Positions 1 to 9,857 of a stretch of DNA of 32,000 bases are shown here, piece by piece. The translations under genes and the position numbers were made by a program. The notes below the pieces were generated by a model that ran no database searches, had not been told where the DNA came from, and saw only the letters and a program-made list of their open reading frames with translations. How positions within the stretch are numbered: position 1 is the stretch's first letter; each line of letters opens with the position of its first letter. Source of the stretch: Nitrosopumilus maritimus SCM1 (GTDB lineage: Archaea > Thermoproteota > Nitrososphaeria > Nitrososphaerales > Nitrosopumilaceae); assembly GCF_000018465.1 (NCBI RefSeq), contig NC_010085.1, positions 1,080,001 to 1,112,000 of the forward strand, written 5' to 3'.

Positions 1-690
1 TTTGCAGGAATGTATTTCTCAAATGCAAATTCAGATCAGATTTCACAAGAAGATTTGGATGATGCAATTGCCAAACTTGAGCTCAAAATGTTGCAAAACA
101 GACTACCTACAAATCAACCATCAGAACCAGTAAAGATTTCAGCAGATGATGATCCAATAATCGGAAATCCAGATGCGCCAATTACAATAATAGAATTTTC
201 TGATTTTCAATGTCCATTCTGTGCACGATTCCACGTCCAAACACTTCCATTACTTCTTGAGGAATACATTGATCAGGGCAAAGTAAAACTAGTTTTTAGA
301 GACTTTCCAATACAAAGCATTCATCCAAATGCACTTCCTGCATCAGTAGCAGCAGAATGTGCAAATGAACAAGGACAATTCAAAGCAATGCATGACATGT
401 TATTTGATAATCAAGGTCAATGGAGTAATCAAGAAACAGTTGATGCATTATCTATGTTTAGCCAATATGCAACTCAGATACAACTAGATCAAGAAACATT
501 TGATTCTTGTCTTACCAGTGGAAAGTATATTGAAGAAATACGAAAAGATCTTGATGATGGTAGAAGTTACGATGTAACAGGAACTCCAGGATTTTTTGTA
601 GGAAATGATGAGATAGGTTACGTCGAACTAAAAGGTGCGCAGCCATTTGAAAGTTTCAAGAAAGTTATTGATGCACAATTAGAGGCATAA
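1..690 (+). CDS. DsbA-like thioredoxin-fold thiol:disulfide oxidoreductase (probably 5'-truncated by window edge)
   Basis: ORF 10..690, and the frame stays open back to nt 1. GNPDAPITIIEFSDFQCPFCARF carries the CPFC redox pair typical of DsbA/thioredoxin-like proteins. No signal peptide or TM segment is visible, consistent with a missing N-terminus. Confidence 0.8.
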   Translation, partial: FAGMYFSNANSDQISQEDLDDAIAKLELKMLQNRLPTNQPSEPVKISADDDPIIGNPDAPITIIEFSDFQCPFCARFHVQTLPLLLEEYIDQGKVKLVFRDFPIQSIHPNALPASVAAECANEQGQFKAMHDMLFDNQGQWSNQETVDALSMFSQYATQIQLDQETFDSCLTSGKYIEEIRKDLDDGRSYDVTGTPGFFVGNDEIGYVELKGAQPFESFKKVIDAQLEA

Positions 691-791
691 AAAATAACAA
701 GCGTTTATTAGACCTAAACTGTGACTTTACGCATCGGAATAATGACGTCTGGCAATGAGCTTTTCGTCATTGCTAAAGAGAAGAAAACAAA

Positions 792-2114
792 ATGACAAAA
801 TTTCAAGAATTAGGATTAAAAGAAGACATACTGAAAGGATTAAACGATCTTGGGTTTGAAGAAGCATTTCCAATTCAAGAAGCAGTAATTCCCGTATTAC
901 TTACAGGAAGAGATGTTGTAGGGCAAGCACATACAGGCTCTGGTAAGACTGCAGCATTTTCATTATCAATGCTACAAGAGATTCAACCAAAAAATGGCAT
1001 TCAAGGTTTGATCATGGCACCAACAAGAGAGCTTGCAATGCAGATTACAGATGAAATCAAAAAATTTGGAAAATATACAGGAATCAAAGTAGCTACAGTT
1101 TATGGAGGGCAAGGCATGGGACTCCAATTAGATGCTCTGGAAAGAGGAGTAGAGATTGTAGTAGCAACACCAGGTAGATTGATTGACCATCTCAAAAGAG
1201 GTTCTATAGAGCTTAGAGATGTCACACACATTGTTTTGGATGAAGCCGACACAATGTTGGATATGGGATTTATTGATGATATTGGATTCATTTTAGATTT
1301 AGCACCAGAAGATAGAGTAATGTCATTGTTTTCAGCAACAATGCCAACTGAAATTCTCAGATTATCGGAAGAGTATTTGAACAATCCAAAGCAATTCTTG
1401 CTAGATGCAGACGATCTTAGTGGAGAAGGAATTGACCAATCATATTTGGTCATTAAAGACAGAGACAAATTCAAGTATCTAATTGACTTTATCAAACCAA
1501 CAAAAGGCCAAGCCATTGTATTTTGTTCTACAAAGTATAGAACTAGAGATGTTGCAAAATTCCTACATCAAGAAAAATTTGATGCAGTAGCAATAGAAGG
1601 GGACATGTCACAACATAGAAGAGAGCAATCTATGGGAAAATTCCGTAGTGGAAAGGCAGACATTCTAGTAGCAACAGATGTTGCATCAAGAGGTATTGAT
1701 GTTCCTAGAGTAGAATTAGTAATCAATTATGATGTTCCAAATCAGGAAATGGCATATTTCCATAGAATCGGCAGAACTGCAAGAGCAGGAGCAAAAGGTA
1801 AAGCAGTAACATTTGTTTCATATTCGTCTGTAGGGGATTGGAACCTCATCAAACGTCAAATCAAAGTTCCAATCAAAGATTTGAATGAGGAAATGGGAAT
1901 TGAAATTGCAATTCCAGATCCACTAAAAAGACAAATGCCATCAAGAAGATATGGAGGTCAATCAAGATCAAACTATTCTAGAGGGGGTCGTTCTGGAGGA
2001 TACGGAAGATCAGGAGGAAGACGAGATTCCAGAGATGATAGAGGAGGAGGAAGACGAAGATACAACGATAGAGGAAGTAATAGAAACCACTACGGTGGAC
2101 GCAGTAGATGGTAA
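792..2114 (+). CDS. DEAD-box ATP-dependent RNA helicase with C-terminal RGG-rich tail
   Basis: Motif I AHTGSGKT, Ia PTRELA, II DEAD, III SAT and VI HRIGRTARAG appear in canonical order. The last ~58 aa are Arg/Gly/Ser-rich. Confidence 0.92.
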   Translation: MTKFQELGLKEDILKGLNDLGFEEAFPIQEAVIPVLLTGRDVVGQAHTGSGKTAAFSLSMLQEIQPKNGIQGLIMAPTRELAMQITDEIKKFGKYTGIKVATVYGGQGMGLQLDALERGVEIVVATPGRLIDHLKRGSIELRDVTHIVLDEADTMLDMGFIDDIGFILDLAPEDRVMSLFSATMPTEILRLSEEYLNNPKQFLLDADDLSGEGIDQSYLVIKDRDKFKYLIDFIKPTKGQAIVFCSTKYRTRDVAKFLHQEKFDAVAIEGDMSQHRREQSMGKFRSGKADILVATDVASRGIDVPRVELVINYDVPNQEMAYFHRIGRTARAGAKGKAVTFVSYSSVGDWNLIKRQIKVPIKDLNEEMGIEIAIPDPLKRQMPSRRYGGQSRSNYSRGGRSGGYGRSGGRRDSRDDRGGGRRRYNDRGSNRNHYGGRSRW

Positions 2115-2162
2115 CTGTAAAACTTAAAGGCCCGAACTACGTAATTAATTTAAGATAAAGTA

Positions 2163-2396
2163 ATGCACAAAGGATTCATTTTATTAAATTGTGATCTAGG
2201 AGCTGAAGAATACATTGTAGATGAACTCAATCAGATGCAAGATGTAAAAAATGCATATCTAACTTTTGGAGCATATGATGTAATTGCAGAGATAGAAACC
2301 GAAGAACAAGATGGATTTGAAAAAGCAATTGCAGTAATTAGGAAATTATCCAGGGTAGTCAGCACAATGACACTCAATGTAATTCGTCCCGAATAA
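2163..2396 (+). CDS. Stand-alone Lrp/AsnC-type ligand-binding (RAM) domain protein
   Basis: 77 aa with the pattern ...AYLTFGAYDVIAEIETE... typical of RAM-only proteins. A paralog lies at 12124..12354. Confidence 0.6.
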   Translation: MHKGFILLNCDLGAEEYIVDELNQMQDVKNAYLTFGAYDVIAEIETEEQDGFEKAIAVIRKLSRVVSTMTLNVIRPE

Positions 2397-2429
2397 TTGT
2401 TATATGAGAAAAATCTGGATTGAGTAAAA

Positions 2430-2720
2430 TTGCAAAAAATCGATTATGAAGCACCAGTATGGGTACTAAACTACAACAACCCAAAACCACTTTTAGATCA
2501 TGCCATACACATGCTAGAAAGACACGGGGTAAAGCGAGAAGACATGGAAATTACTGAAACGCCAACTGCAAAAATAGGCTCAATTGTGGTAGAAATTTGG
2601 CCTTATGAGTTAGTGATAGGCAGAGTAAGATCAACACGTAATGATTCTTTTATCAGCGGTACAGAATTTACAATTGAATTAAAATTAGACGAAAATGGAA
2701 ATTACATAGATTATCTTTGA
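2430..2720 (+). CDS. Hypothetical protein (TTG start)
   Basis: 96-aa ORF whose stop overlaps the next gene's start by 4 nt (TTGA). No recognisable motif. Confidence 0.5.
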   Translation: MQKIDYEAPVWVLNYNNPKPLLDHAIHMLERHGVKREDMEITETPTAKIGSIVVEIWPYELVIGRVRSTRNDSFISGTEFTIELKLDENGNYIDYL

Positions 2721-3412
2721 AAAAGAAAAAAATTCAAAATATCATTATCGGAATAGTTGCAATTAGTATCATAGGTGCAATTGCAGGCTACAATTATTCA
2801 GCAGATCAAACTAAACAGACAGGATTACAATTTGGAAAAGAATTAGAGCAAATTCAAAACGACGTAACAGAATTGCAATCAAAGTTCTATTCTGAGAAAA
2901 TTAAATGGGAAGAAGGAGATGTTACAAAAGATGAACTGTTAGAATTCTACGGAACACATTTAGAAGAATTTAATGAAATAATTTCAAAGTATGATGAATT
3001 GACTCCACCAAAAGGATTTGGTTTTGAGAGTTCAATAGATTTGTTAAAGCTATCATCAGAAACTCAATTAGCCAGTGATTCTCAATTTATAGAATGGATG
3101 AAAACTGGAGATGAATCTGCAAAAGTAAGATCAGATACATTGATTCAAGAATCTTTTAATTATGAATTACAAGGGTTGGTGGAATATTTTTCAGCTAAAA
3201 CAGGAATTAAAACATATGATGAAGAATTGAAATTTGAAGCCCCACAAAGTGGCTTAACACAAAAGGTAATTCAAGTTGCTGAAAATATGGCAAACAAATG
3301 TGATGAGAAATTTAAAAATGAATCAGAAGAATTTGATTCTGATGAAATAGAAGTAGAGTGGTTTAATTGTATAAATGAGGCTAAAAAATGGAAAATAGAG
3401 CATCTTCCATAA
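2717..3412 (+). CDS. Hypothetical N-terminally membrane-anchored protein
   Basis: 231 aa with an N-terminal KKKK plus hydrophobic helix (IIIGIVAISIIGAIAGY). Translationally coupled to the upstream ORF. Confidence 0.6.
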   Translation: MKKKKIQNIIIGIVAISIIGAIAGYNYSADQTKQTGLQFGKELEQIQNDVTELQSKFYSEKIKWEEGDVTKDELLEFYGTHLEEFNEIISKYDELTPPKGFGFESSIDLLKLSSETQLASDSQFIEWMKTGDESAKVRSDTLIQESFNYELQGLVEYFSAKTGIKTYDEELKFEAPQSGLTQKVIQVAENMANKCDEKFKNESEEFDSDEIEVEWFNCINEAKKWKIEHLP

Positions 3413-3464
3413 GAGATAACCAGATCCACATAAACTACTTTAAAGAACAAGACAAAGAATAACT

Positions 3465-4223
3465 GTGGAAAAAATCTTAATTGTTGGAATTATTTTTGCA
3501 AGTATAATGCCATTTGCATTTGCAGATGTGTATATACAAAATGATCAACAATACATCGGGGATGATGGTTCAATCCACATTGTAGGTGAGATTGTAAATA
3601 ATCTAGACATACCACTAAATCAAATTCATGTACAAATTGATTTGTTTGATGAAAATCAGCAATTAATTCAAACAAAAGAGACAAACTCATTGGTCAATAC
3701 AATAATGCCTGGGATGAAAGGGCCTTTTGATCTTATTTTAACAAATGGAGAAGCAAAGAATGTTAATTCATACTCTATGGAACTGAATTATCAAGCTAGT
3801 CCACCAAAAAGTCAAGTTATTGACATTACTGAATCATCACTTAGTAGAGATAATCACAATAATTTGATGATTACAGGAACTGTAGCAAATAATGGAGAGA
3901 TTACGGCAAATATGGTATCAGTAATTGCAACACTTTATGACAAACAAGGAAATGTTGCAGCAGTGTCAAGAGTTAATCCTGAACCTGATTACCTACGAGC
4001 AGAAGATAGTGCATTCTTTGTATTGTCAGTACCAGACAAAATCCAAACTGAGGAAATTAATGATTATACATTAATTGCAGAATCGGAAGAGTATGCAGCA
4101 GTACCAGAGTTTCCTATAAGTACAATTATCTTACTTATACTCACGTTATCTGCATATATTGGAGTTACACGATATTCTGGAAAAATTATAACAAATCTCT
4201 TTTCTGCAACAAATCTAAAATAG
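3465..4223 (+). CDS. Secreted protein with PEF-CTERM archaeosortase-type sorting signal
   Basis: GTG start and signal peptide (IVGIIFASIMPFAFA). Two internal repeats share the pattern x-LFD/LYD-x-Q-G. The C-terminus AVPEFPISTIILLILTLSAYIGVTRYSGK reads as PEF motif, TM helix, then basic tail. Confidence 0.75.
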   Translation: MEKILIVGIIFASIMPFAFADVYIQNDQQYIGDDGSIHIVGEIVNNLDIPLNQIHVQIDLFDENQQLIQTKETNSLVNTIMPGMKGPFDLILTNGEAKNVNSYSMELNYQASPPKSQVIDITESSLSRDNHNNLMITGTVANNGEITANMVSVIATLYDKQGNVAAVSRVNPEPDYLRAEDSAFFVLSVPDKIQTEEINDYTLIAESEEYAAVPEFPISTIILLILTLSAYIGVTRYSGKIITNLFSATNLK

Positions 4224-4641
4224 AAAAAAGTTCTTTTGCCAATTCTTCTTTTTTGAGAGGGGTGGGTTGTGAAAATAAAACAGGAAAAGTTATGGTAAGC
4301 ATGTCTTGATCAGTATGAGAAATTCGTACTGAATGAAATTTACAGTTTATTTCAGATAATACATCATTCCATTTATCCAAATGAACATTTACCCTAGTAA
4401 CATTTTCATGAACATCTGTAATACTGGTATCCAAATCCTTGTCAAACAATCCAAATTTAACCAAGGGTACCATTACCATCCCTCCTAAGATTTTATCATG
4501 ATTTTTTAGCATAGATGAAATGATTTGTTCAGAGTTTTCTTTAGGGAAAATATCACCATAATCAGGATCAAAGTACCCTACAATCATTTTTTTAGAATCA
4601 TAAATGCGAAAATATTCTTCATCTAACTCTAACTTCCACAA
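4186..4641 (-). CDS. Hypothetical protein (TTG start)
   Basis: 151-aa ORF with no recognisable motifs. It converges on, and overlaps by 38 nt, the 3' end of 3465..4223. Confidence 0.5.
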   Translation of the reverse strand: MWKLELDEEYFRIYDSKKMIVGYFDPDYGDIFPKENSEQIISSMLKNHDKILGGMVMVPLVKFGLFDKDLDTSITDVHENVTRVNVHLDKWNDVLSEINCKFHSVRISHTDQDMLTITFPVLFSQPTPLKKEELAKELFSILDLLQKRDLL

Positions 4642-4731
4642 TCAGGTTCATCATAAATGAAATGATTTTTTTTATATACCATTCCTTGATGTGGAGAAAA
4701 CAATTTAGAATAACCCCAAACAGAGAGGAAT

Positions 4732-5529
4732 ATGGAAGATAGGGATGTAGTTGACGATGTAAATGCTCTGCTAAATCTAGGGGTAGGAGATGCATATAGG
4801 TTAGAACACATCAAACAAGCCTACATTCAGAATAAATCGATTTGGAATGCTGATAAAAATTATTTACAAAAAATGGTAGACAAGTATCTCATAAAACATT
4901 CAAACCTTGAATCAGATTCTGCAGAAATAGAAGATGAATCTGAAAATGAGGAACAAATTCATTGTTGGAAATGTGGAAAAAAGACCACATTAGGGGCAAA
5001 TTTTTGCATGGTATGTGGAGCATCGTTATTTGATGTTGCATCAAAACCTAAAGTAGAACAAGAGCCAACTTCACCTAATAAGAAAAATAACAATAGAACA
5101 ATTAATCTAAAAATTCCCATTATGATTGGGATTCCTGTAATAATTTTAGCAATTATTGGTGGAGCATACAGTCAAGGTTATTTTGATAATACATTTGAAA
5201 GAACAGAATTAAAAGATGAACAGGTTAATGTCAAACCTACCATAGTTGAAGCTACAGAAAAAACATCAAGTGAAACAGATTCACCATGTGGACCAGGAAC
5301 TGTTTTGGATTCTAAAACTAATTCATGTGTTTTAGAGAGTGAAGCTACAGAAAAAACATCAAGTGAAACAGATTCACCATGTGGACCAGGAACTGTTTTG
5401 GATTCTAAAACTAATTCATGTGTTTTAGAGAGTGAAGCTACAGAAAAAACATCAAGTGAAACAGATTCACCATGTGGACCAGGAACTGTTTTGGATTCTA
5501 AAACTAATTCATGTGTTTTAGACAAATAA
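4732..5529 (+). CDS. Zinc-ribbon / single-TM protein with three identical 31-aa extracytoplasmic Cys-pair repeats
   Basis: CWKCGKKTTLGANFCMVCG zinc ribbon and TM helix IPIMIGIPVIILAIIGGA, followed by 3x (EATEKTSSETDSPCGPGTVLDSKTNSCVLES). Confidence 0.7.
   Translation: MEDRDVVDDVNALLNLGVGDAYRLEHIKQAYIQNKSIWNADKNYLQKMVDKYLIKHSNLESDSAEIEDESENEEQIHCWKCGKKTTLGANFCMVCGASLFDVASKPKVEQEPTSPNKKNNNRTINLKIPIMIGIPVIILAIIGGAYSQGYFDNTFERTELKDEQVNVKPTIVEATEKTSSETDSPCGPGTVLDSKTNSCVLESEATEKTSSETDSPCGPGTVLDSKTNSCVLESEATEKTSSETDSPCGPGTVLDSKTNSCVLDK
5247..5524 (+). repeat. Perfect 93-bp tandem repeat, 2.99 copies, in frame inside CDS 4732..5529
   Basis: Units start at 5248, 5341 and 5434. I found no mismatch between copies. 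Confidence 0.95.
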
Positions 5530-5566
5530 AAGACAATTAAATAAACTAGGAGAGAGAAGAAAAGTC

Positions 5567-5911
5567 ATGGCAATTTCTAAAGAAAATAAAGAATTCATTG
5601 ATAGTTTAATTGATTACTACATTAACGAATCAGAAGCATATACACAGATTGCAGAAAATTTTGTTCCAGAGATTGAATCGGTTCCAGATACAACGTTTGG
5701 AATCATTACAGGATGTGTGTATTCAGGATTTTTACAGGCATATCAAAATCAACAACAAACTCCAAGCCTAGAAGATATGAAAGAATTCAACGAAATAATA
5801 AAAAAACGAGCAGCTCTGATAAAAAAGGCAATAATTGAGCCCACAGTAATAGAGAAAACAGAAGACATACAAGAAGAATCAAAAAATGAAATCAAAGATG
5901 ACGAGAAATAA
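5567..5911 (+). CDS. Hypothetical acidic protein
   Basis: 114-aa ORF in an otherwise unoccupied interval. No recognisable motif. Confidence 0.55.
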   Translation: MAISKENKEFIDSLIDYYINESEAYTQIAENFVPEIESVPDTTFGIITGCVYSGFLQAYQNQQQTPSLEDMKEFNEIIKKRAALIKKAIIEPTVIEKTEDIQEESKNEIKDDEK

Positions 5912-5971
5912 ATTTTTCAAGTATTTAGAAAAAATCAATACAGTTTAATTTCGATACAAAATTGTAAGAAT

Positions 5972-6064
5972 ATGAAAGTAGATGGCAGTAAGATAATTTT
6001 TTGGGGAGGTACTGCTGCTGCAGTAGTCACAGCAATAGTTGCACTATATTTTTCAATTCGTTAA
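5972..6064 (+). CDS. Candidate 30-aa single-TM micro-protein
   Basis: MKVDGSKIIFWGGTAAAVVTAIVALYFSIR. ATG start, one clear hydrophobic helix, lies in an intergenic gap. Not in the supplied ORF track because it is under 60 aa. Confidence 0.3.
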   Translation: MKVDGSKIIFWGGTAAAVVTAIVALYFSIR

Positions 6065-6095
6065 AGATAAATCATGAAGAAATTCTAAGATAGTA

Positions 6096-6416
6096 TTGTC
6101 AGCAACTAATGAATTTAAAATTACACAAATTGTGGATAATGGTCAGGTCGTGCAGTTGACACTAATTGAGAATGTTTCAACAGAACCAATCTCACAAAAA
6201 CAAATGATTATTGAGAATGTTTCAAAAAAACTCGATCAAGAAACAAAAGAACAAGTGATGCCATTGTTAGAAGCAATAATGTCAGCTCAGCCTACTGTAA
6301 ACATCAAATCATATCAACAAACTCAAATCACAATTGCAATGCCAAAGGCAAGATATGATGGGATGGGTAGACCACAAGTAGGAAACACAATAGAAGTAAA
6401 CTTGAAAAAAATCTAA
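6096..6416 (+). CDS. Hypothetical protein (TTG start)
   Basis: 106-aa ORF with no recognisable motif. Confidence 0.5.
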   Translation: MSATNEFKITQIVDNGQVVQLTLIENVSTEPISQKQMIIENVSKKLDQETKEQVMPLLEAIMSAQPTVNIKSYQQTQITIAMPKARYDGMGRPQVGNTIEVNLKKI

Positions 6417-8440
6417 AGATGTGAGTTTATTTCATCAATAGTATGCAAAGGTAATGAACAAGTAAAGTTTTTACAAACAAATGCAGATGTTTTTTCTTCA
6501 AAAGATTTTCCAGCAAAGAAAGGATATTCAGATAGAGCCGACAACTGAGTAGAATTTTGAATAGTGACAACAATTGAGTTTGGTAAATATTCCAAAAGAA
6601 TTGAGTCACAAAGTTGAGAATTTTCAGTGTTTATGATTGTGATTTCAACAGGTTTTTCCAAATAAATTGAAATTGTGTTTAGCAGATATCCAAATCCAAA
6701 TGGATTTTCAGCAGCCATTTGTGCCTGAGATTCCATGATTTTTGTAGCAATATCTAAGAATTGTTGTTCTTGAGAGAAATGGAATAGTCTGAGCATGACA
6801 AATGCAGAAACAGAGTTTCCAGAAGGCAAAGACAAATCATAATTGCTTTTGGGTCGTATAATCAGTTTTTCATGATTGTCTGAAGTCATAAAGAAACTAT
6901 TGTTTTCTGAATCCCAGAAATGTTCCACCAAGTGATGGCCTAGTTTTAGTGCAAGTTTTAGATATTTTGGATCAGGTTCAATTTCAAATACATCTAACAA
7001 GCAATTTACAAAATAAGAATAGTCTTCTAGATAGCCATCAATTTTTGCAGTTTTGTTTTTATAAGTTCGTAGTAACTTGTCTCCTGAAAACAAATTATTT
7101 TCAATAAAGGAGATACAATCTTTTGCAGCATCAAGATATCTAGATTCATTTGTTACACGATAACCCTTAGCAAAGGCAGTAATCATTAAAGAATTCCACG
7201 AAACTAGAATTTTATCATCCAGTCCAGGGGCAACTCTCTTGGAACGAACATCAAGTAACTTTTTAGAACAGGCCTGAAGAATTTCTCTAACCTTTTCTTC
7301 AGTAGTTCCAAAATTAAAGGCAACTGTAGAGATATTCAAGTTATTACACAAAATGTTGTTTCCTTCCCAGTTTCCACCATCAGTGGCATCATAAAATAAG
7401 CAAAAGATGTCAGCATCATCACCAAGAATTTCTTTAATCTCGCTTTTCTTCCAGACATAGAATTTTCCCTCTACACCTTCAGAGTCTGCATCATATGCAG
7501 AATAGAAACCACCTTCAGGAGAAGTCATTTCACGCAAAACAAAATCAAGGGTTTTTTTCAAGACATCTAGATAGAAAGGATCCTTTGTTATCTGAAATGC
7601 CTCAGCATAATTTACAGGAATTAGTGCGTTATCATAGAGCATTTTTTCAAAGTGAGGTACAAGCCATTTTGCATCTGTAGAATATCGATGAAATCCACCA
7701 CCAATTTGATCAAATATTCCACCATTTGCCATTTTTTTGAGAGTTTTGAGCCCAAATTCTGTGAATTTTGACAACCCAGATATCTTTGCATAACGAAACA
7801 AAAAGGAAACATTAGCAGCGTTTGGAAATTTTGGAGCAGAACCAAATCCACCATAAGCAGAATCACCCAGTTGGAAAAGATTCATTGCTGCCTCATCAAG
7901 AATGGTTCTTTCTAATTTTGAAGAAATAGAAACTTTTTCAGTTTTATTTAGTGCATCAAGAAAATTATCTGCAGATTTTTCAATGTCTTTAGGTTTTTCT
8001 TTCCAAGCTTGAGATAGTTGTCTGCATATACTCCCAAATCCCGGACGACCGTAAGAATCCAGAATTGGAAAATAAGTTCCAACATAGAATGGTTTTTGAT
8101 CAGGAGTTAAGAAAATACTCAAAGGCCATCCTCCTTGACCAGTAGCTATCTGACAAGCTTTTTGATAAATGTCATCAATGTCAGGGCGTTCTTCTCTATC
8201 TACTTTGATATTTACAAAATTTTCATTCATGAATTTTGCAACTTCTTCATTTTCAAATGATTCATGTGCCATAACATGGCACCAATGACAAGAACTGTAA
8301 CCAATACTAAGAAAGATCGGTTTGTTTTCATCTTTTGCTTTTTTTAATGCTTCATCATTCCAACCATACCAGTCAACTGGATTATGAGCATGTTGAAGAA
8401 GATAAGGACTTGTTTCATGAATAAGATTATTTTCTGTCAC
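6413..8440 (-). CDS. Thioredoxin-domain protein of the DUF255 / YyaL (SPATA20-like) family
   Basis: N-terminus [25 protein letters not shown]...[21 protein letters not shown] is the hallmark of DUF255. The 675-aa length fits the fused alpha/alpha-toroid C-terminal domain. Confidence 0.88.
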   Translation of the reverse strand: MTENNLIHETSPYLLQHAHNPVDWYGWNDEALKKAKDENKPIFLSIGYSSCHWCHVMAHESFENEEVAKFMNENFVNIKVDREERPDIDDIYQKACQIATGQGGWPLSIFLTPDQKPFYVGTYFPILDSYGRPGFGSICRQLSQAWKEKPKDIEKSADNFLDALNKTEKVSISSKLERTILDEAAMNLFQLGDSAYGGFGSAPKFPNAANVSFLFRYAKISGLSKFTEFGLKTLKKMANGGIFDQIGGGFHRYSTDAKWLVPHFEKMLYDNALIPVNYAEAFQITKDPFYLDVLKKTLDFVLREMTSPEGGFYSAYDADSEGVEGKFYVWKKSEIKEILGDDADIFCLFYDATDGGNWEGNNILCNNLNISTVAFNFGTTEEKVREILQACSKKLLDVRSKRVAPGLDDKILVSWNSLMITAFAKGYRVTNESRYLDAAKDCISFIENNLFSGDKLLRTYKNKTAKIDGYLEDYSYFVNCLLDVFEIEPDPKYLKLALKLGHHLVEHFWDSENNSFFMTSDNHEKLIIRPKSNYDLSLPSGNSVSAFVMLRLFHFSQEQQFLDIATKIMESQAQMAAENPFGFGYLLNTISIYLEKPVEITIINTENSQLCDSILLEYLPNSIVVTIQNSTQLSALSEYPFFAGKSFEEKTSAFVCKNFTCSLPLHTIDEINSHL

Positions 8441-8478
8441 AATTTTTCAGATTTGTTTTGATATTTGTACTTAATTGG

Positions 8479-8712
8479 TTAACCCCAAATTCCTCTGCCT
8501 TCAGTTATCTCATAGATTCGGACATTGATTTTTCCAAGTAATTTTACTTTTGATTTATGAGCCTTTTTGTCATGACTGTAATCTTTCTTTTCGACTAATT
8601 CTTGCAATCTTTTTAGTTGTTCCAAAGTGAGGTTTTTGAATTCATGTTTTGAGCTGGATACAAGGCGCAACAACTCTACACGTTCTCGGTCTTCATCAGT
8701 GATTTCAGGCAC
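8479..8712 (-). CDS. Hypothetical small protein (GTG start)
   Basis: 77-aa ORF, charged and helical in character. Confidence 0.45.
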   Translation of the reverse strand: MPEITDEDRERVELLRLVSSSKHEFKNLTLEQLKRLQELVEKKDYSHDKKAHKSKVKLLGKINVRIYEITEGRGIWG

Positions 8713-8791
8713 AAAATTAGATTATTTGTGTCCTTTATTTTTCTAGTGGGTTGGAGCGAATCTTAAAATTATTTGAAAAAAATCCTATTGT

Positions 8792-9826
8792 ATGGACAAG
8801 ATGCGTGCAATGGTGCTGTCTGAATGTGCAGCAATTGAGACAAATCCACTAAAGTTAACAGAAATTGATAGACATAAAATTGAAAGATCAAATGAAATTT
8901 TACTAAAAATTGAGGCATGTGGAGTTTGCCATTCACAATTACATGGAATAGAAGGTGATTGGAAAGATCTTGGAATTCCACCACAATTACCAACAGTTCC
9001 AGGACATGAAGTTGTAGGAAAAGTAGTTGAGATTGGAAGTGGAGTTACAAAGTTCAAAGTAGGAGACAGAGCTGGAATTACACCATTACTAGAAGCATGT
9101 AAAGAATGTCAATATTGTAAAGAAGGAAAAGAGTACTTGTGTGAATCTTCAATTATTCTAGGTGAAACTCTCAAAGGAGGATATTCAGAATACGTAACAG
9201 TTACTGAAGACTTTGCAACCAAAGTACCAGACTCTATGAAACCAGAGTATGCAGCACCATTATTTTGTGCAGGAATTACAGCTTACAAAGCAGTAAAAGC
9301 TGCAGAACCACAAACTCACAAAAAAATTGGAATTTTTGGAATTGGTGGAGTAGGACACATGGCTGTACAGTTTGCAAAAGTACAAGACTGTGAGGTTATT
9401 GCATTTTCAAGGTCTCAAAGTCACCTAGATGTTGCAAAGAAACTAGGGGCAATTGACGCCATACAGTTTTCTGAAAATCAAGAAGAATTTTTAGAAAAAT
9501 TAAAAGAAAAACATGGACTGCTTGATGCTGCAATTGTTTTTGCACCTGCAGACATTATAACAGATACTGCAATCAGGGCCATAAAGAAGGGAGGAATGGT
9601 AGTAATTGCGACAATTGGTGAGAATCCATCTTTTGTAGCATTTGAAGAAAAGACAATCAGAGGAACTTTGATTGGTTCAACTAAAGACATGGAAGAAGTA
9701 ATCAAGACATGTAATGAAAAAAATATCGAGGTAGTATCTGAAGTATTTCCACTAGAGGATGCAAACAAAGTTCTCAAAAAATTAAAAGATTCAGAGATTG
9801 AAGCTAGAGCAGTTTTAATTCCTTAA
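8792..9826 (+). CDS. Zinc-dependent alcohol dehydrogenase family oxidoreductase
   Basis: CGVCHS and PGHEVVGKV catalytic-zinc motifs. A CKECQYCKEGKEYLC structural-zinc loop. GIGGVGH Rossmann motif. Confidence 0.88.
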   Translation: MDKMRAMVLSECAAIETNPLKLTEIDRHKIERSNEILLKIEACGVCHSQLHGIEGDWKDLGIPPQLPTVPGHEVVGKVVEIGSGVTKFKVGDRAGITPLLEACKECQYCKEGKEYLCESSIILGETLKGGYSEYVTVTEDFATKVPDSMKPEYAAPLFCAGITAYKAVKAAEPQTHKKIGIFGIGGVGHMAVQFAKVQDCEVIAFSRSQSHLDVAKKLGAIDAIQFSENQEEFLEKLKEKHGLLDAAIVFAPADIITDTAIRAIKKGGMVVIATIGENPSFVAFEEKTIRGTLIGSTKDMEEVIKTCNEKNIEVVSEVFPLEDANKVLKKLKDSEIEARAVLIP

Positions 9827-9857
9827 CTAGTTAAATATCGAAATGGAGAGTCAAAGA

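Noticed and set aside
1100-1516. 138-aa minus-strand ORF.
   Set aside because: It is antisense to the motif-rich core of the DEAD-box helicase, and its translation has no recognisable features.
4629-4814. 61-aa minus-strand ORF. Also 3490..3690, 6427..6609, 7495..7680, 7621..7866, 9478..9777, 10893..11087, 11462..11710, 11736..11921, 12840..13043, 14143..14403, 14697..14885, 15405..15656, 23579..23761, 24376..24585, 28530..28718 and 29530..29715.
   Set aside because: Each is nested in or antisense to a longer, better-supported ORF, or spans a promoter region. None has recognisable motifs.
5247-5524. Considered whether the perfect repeats could be a CRISPR-like array.
   Set aside because: The units abut directly with no unique spacers. 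They are 93 bp long, in frame, and inside a CDS. No cas genes are nearby.
5178-5525. 115-aa minus-strand ORF with its own triple repeat.
   Set aside because: It is a mirror image of the 93-bp tandem repeat. The plus-strand frame is continuous with a zinc ribbon, TM helix and proper start, so the antisense ORF is a by-product.
8769-9057. Two minus-strand ORFs (74 and 90 aa) overlapping the 5' end of the alcohol dehydrogenase gene.
   Set aside because: The plus-strand ADH frame carries canonical zinc-ADH motifs over the same nucleotides.
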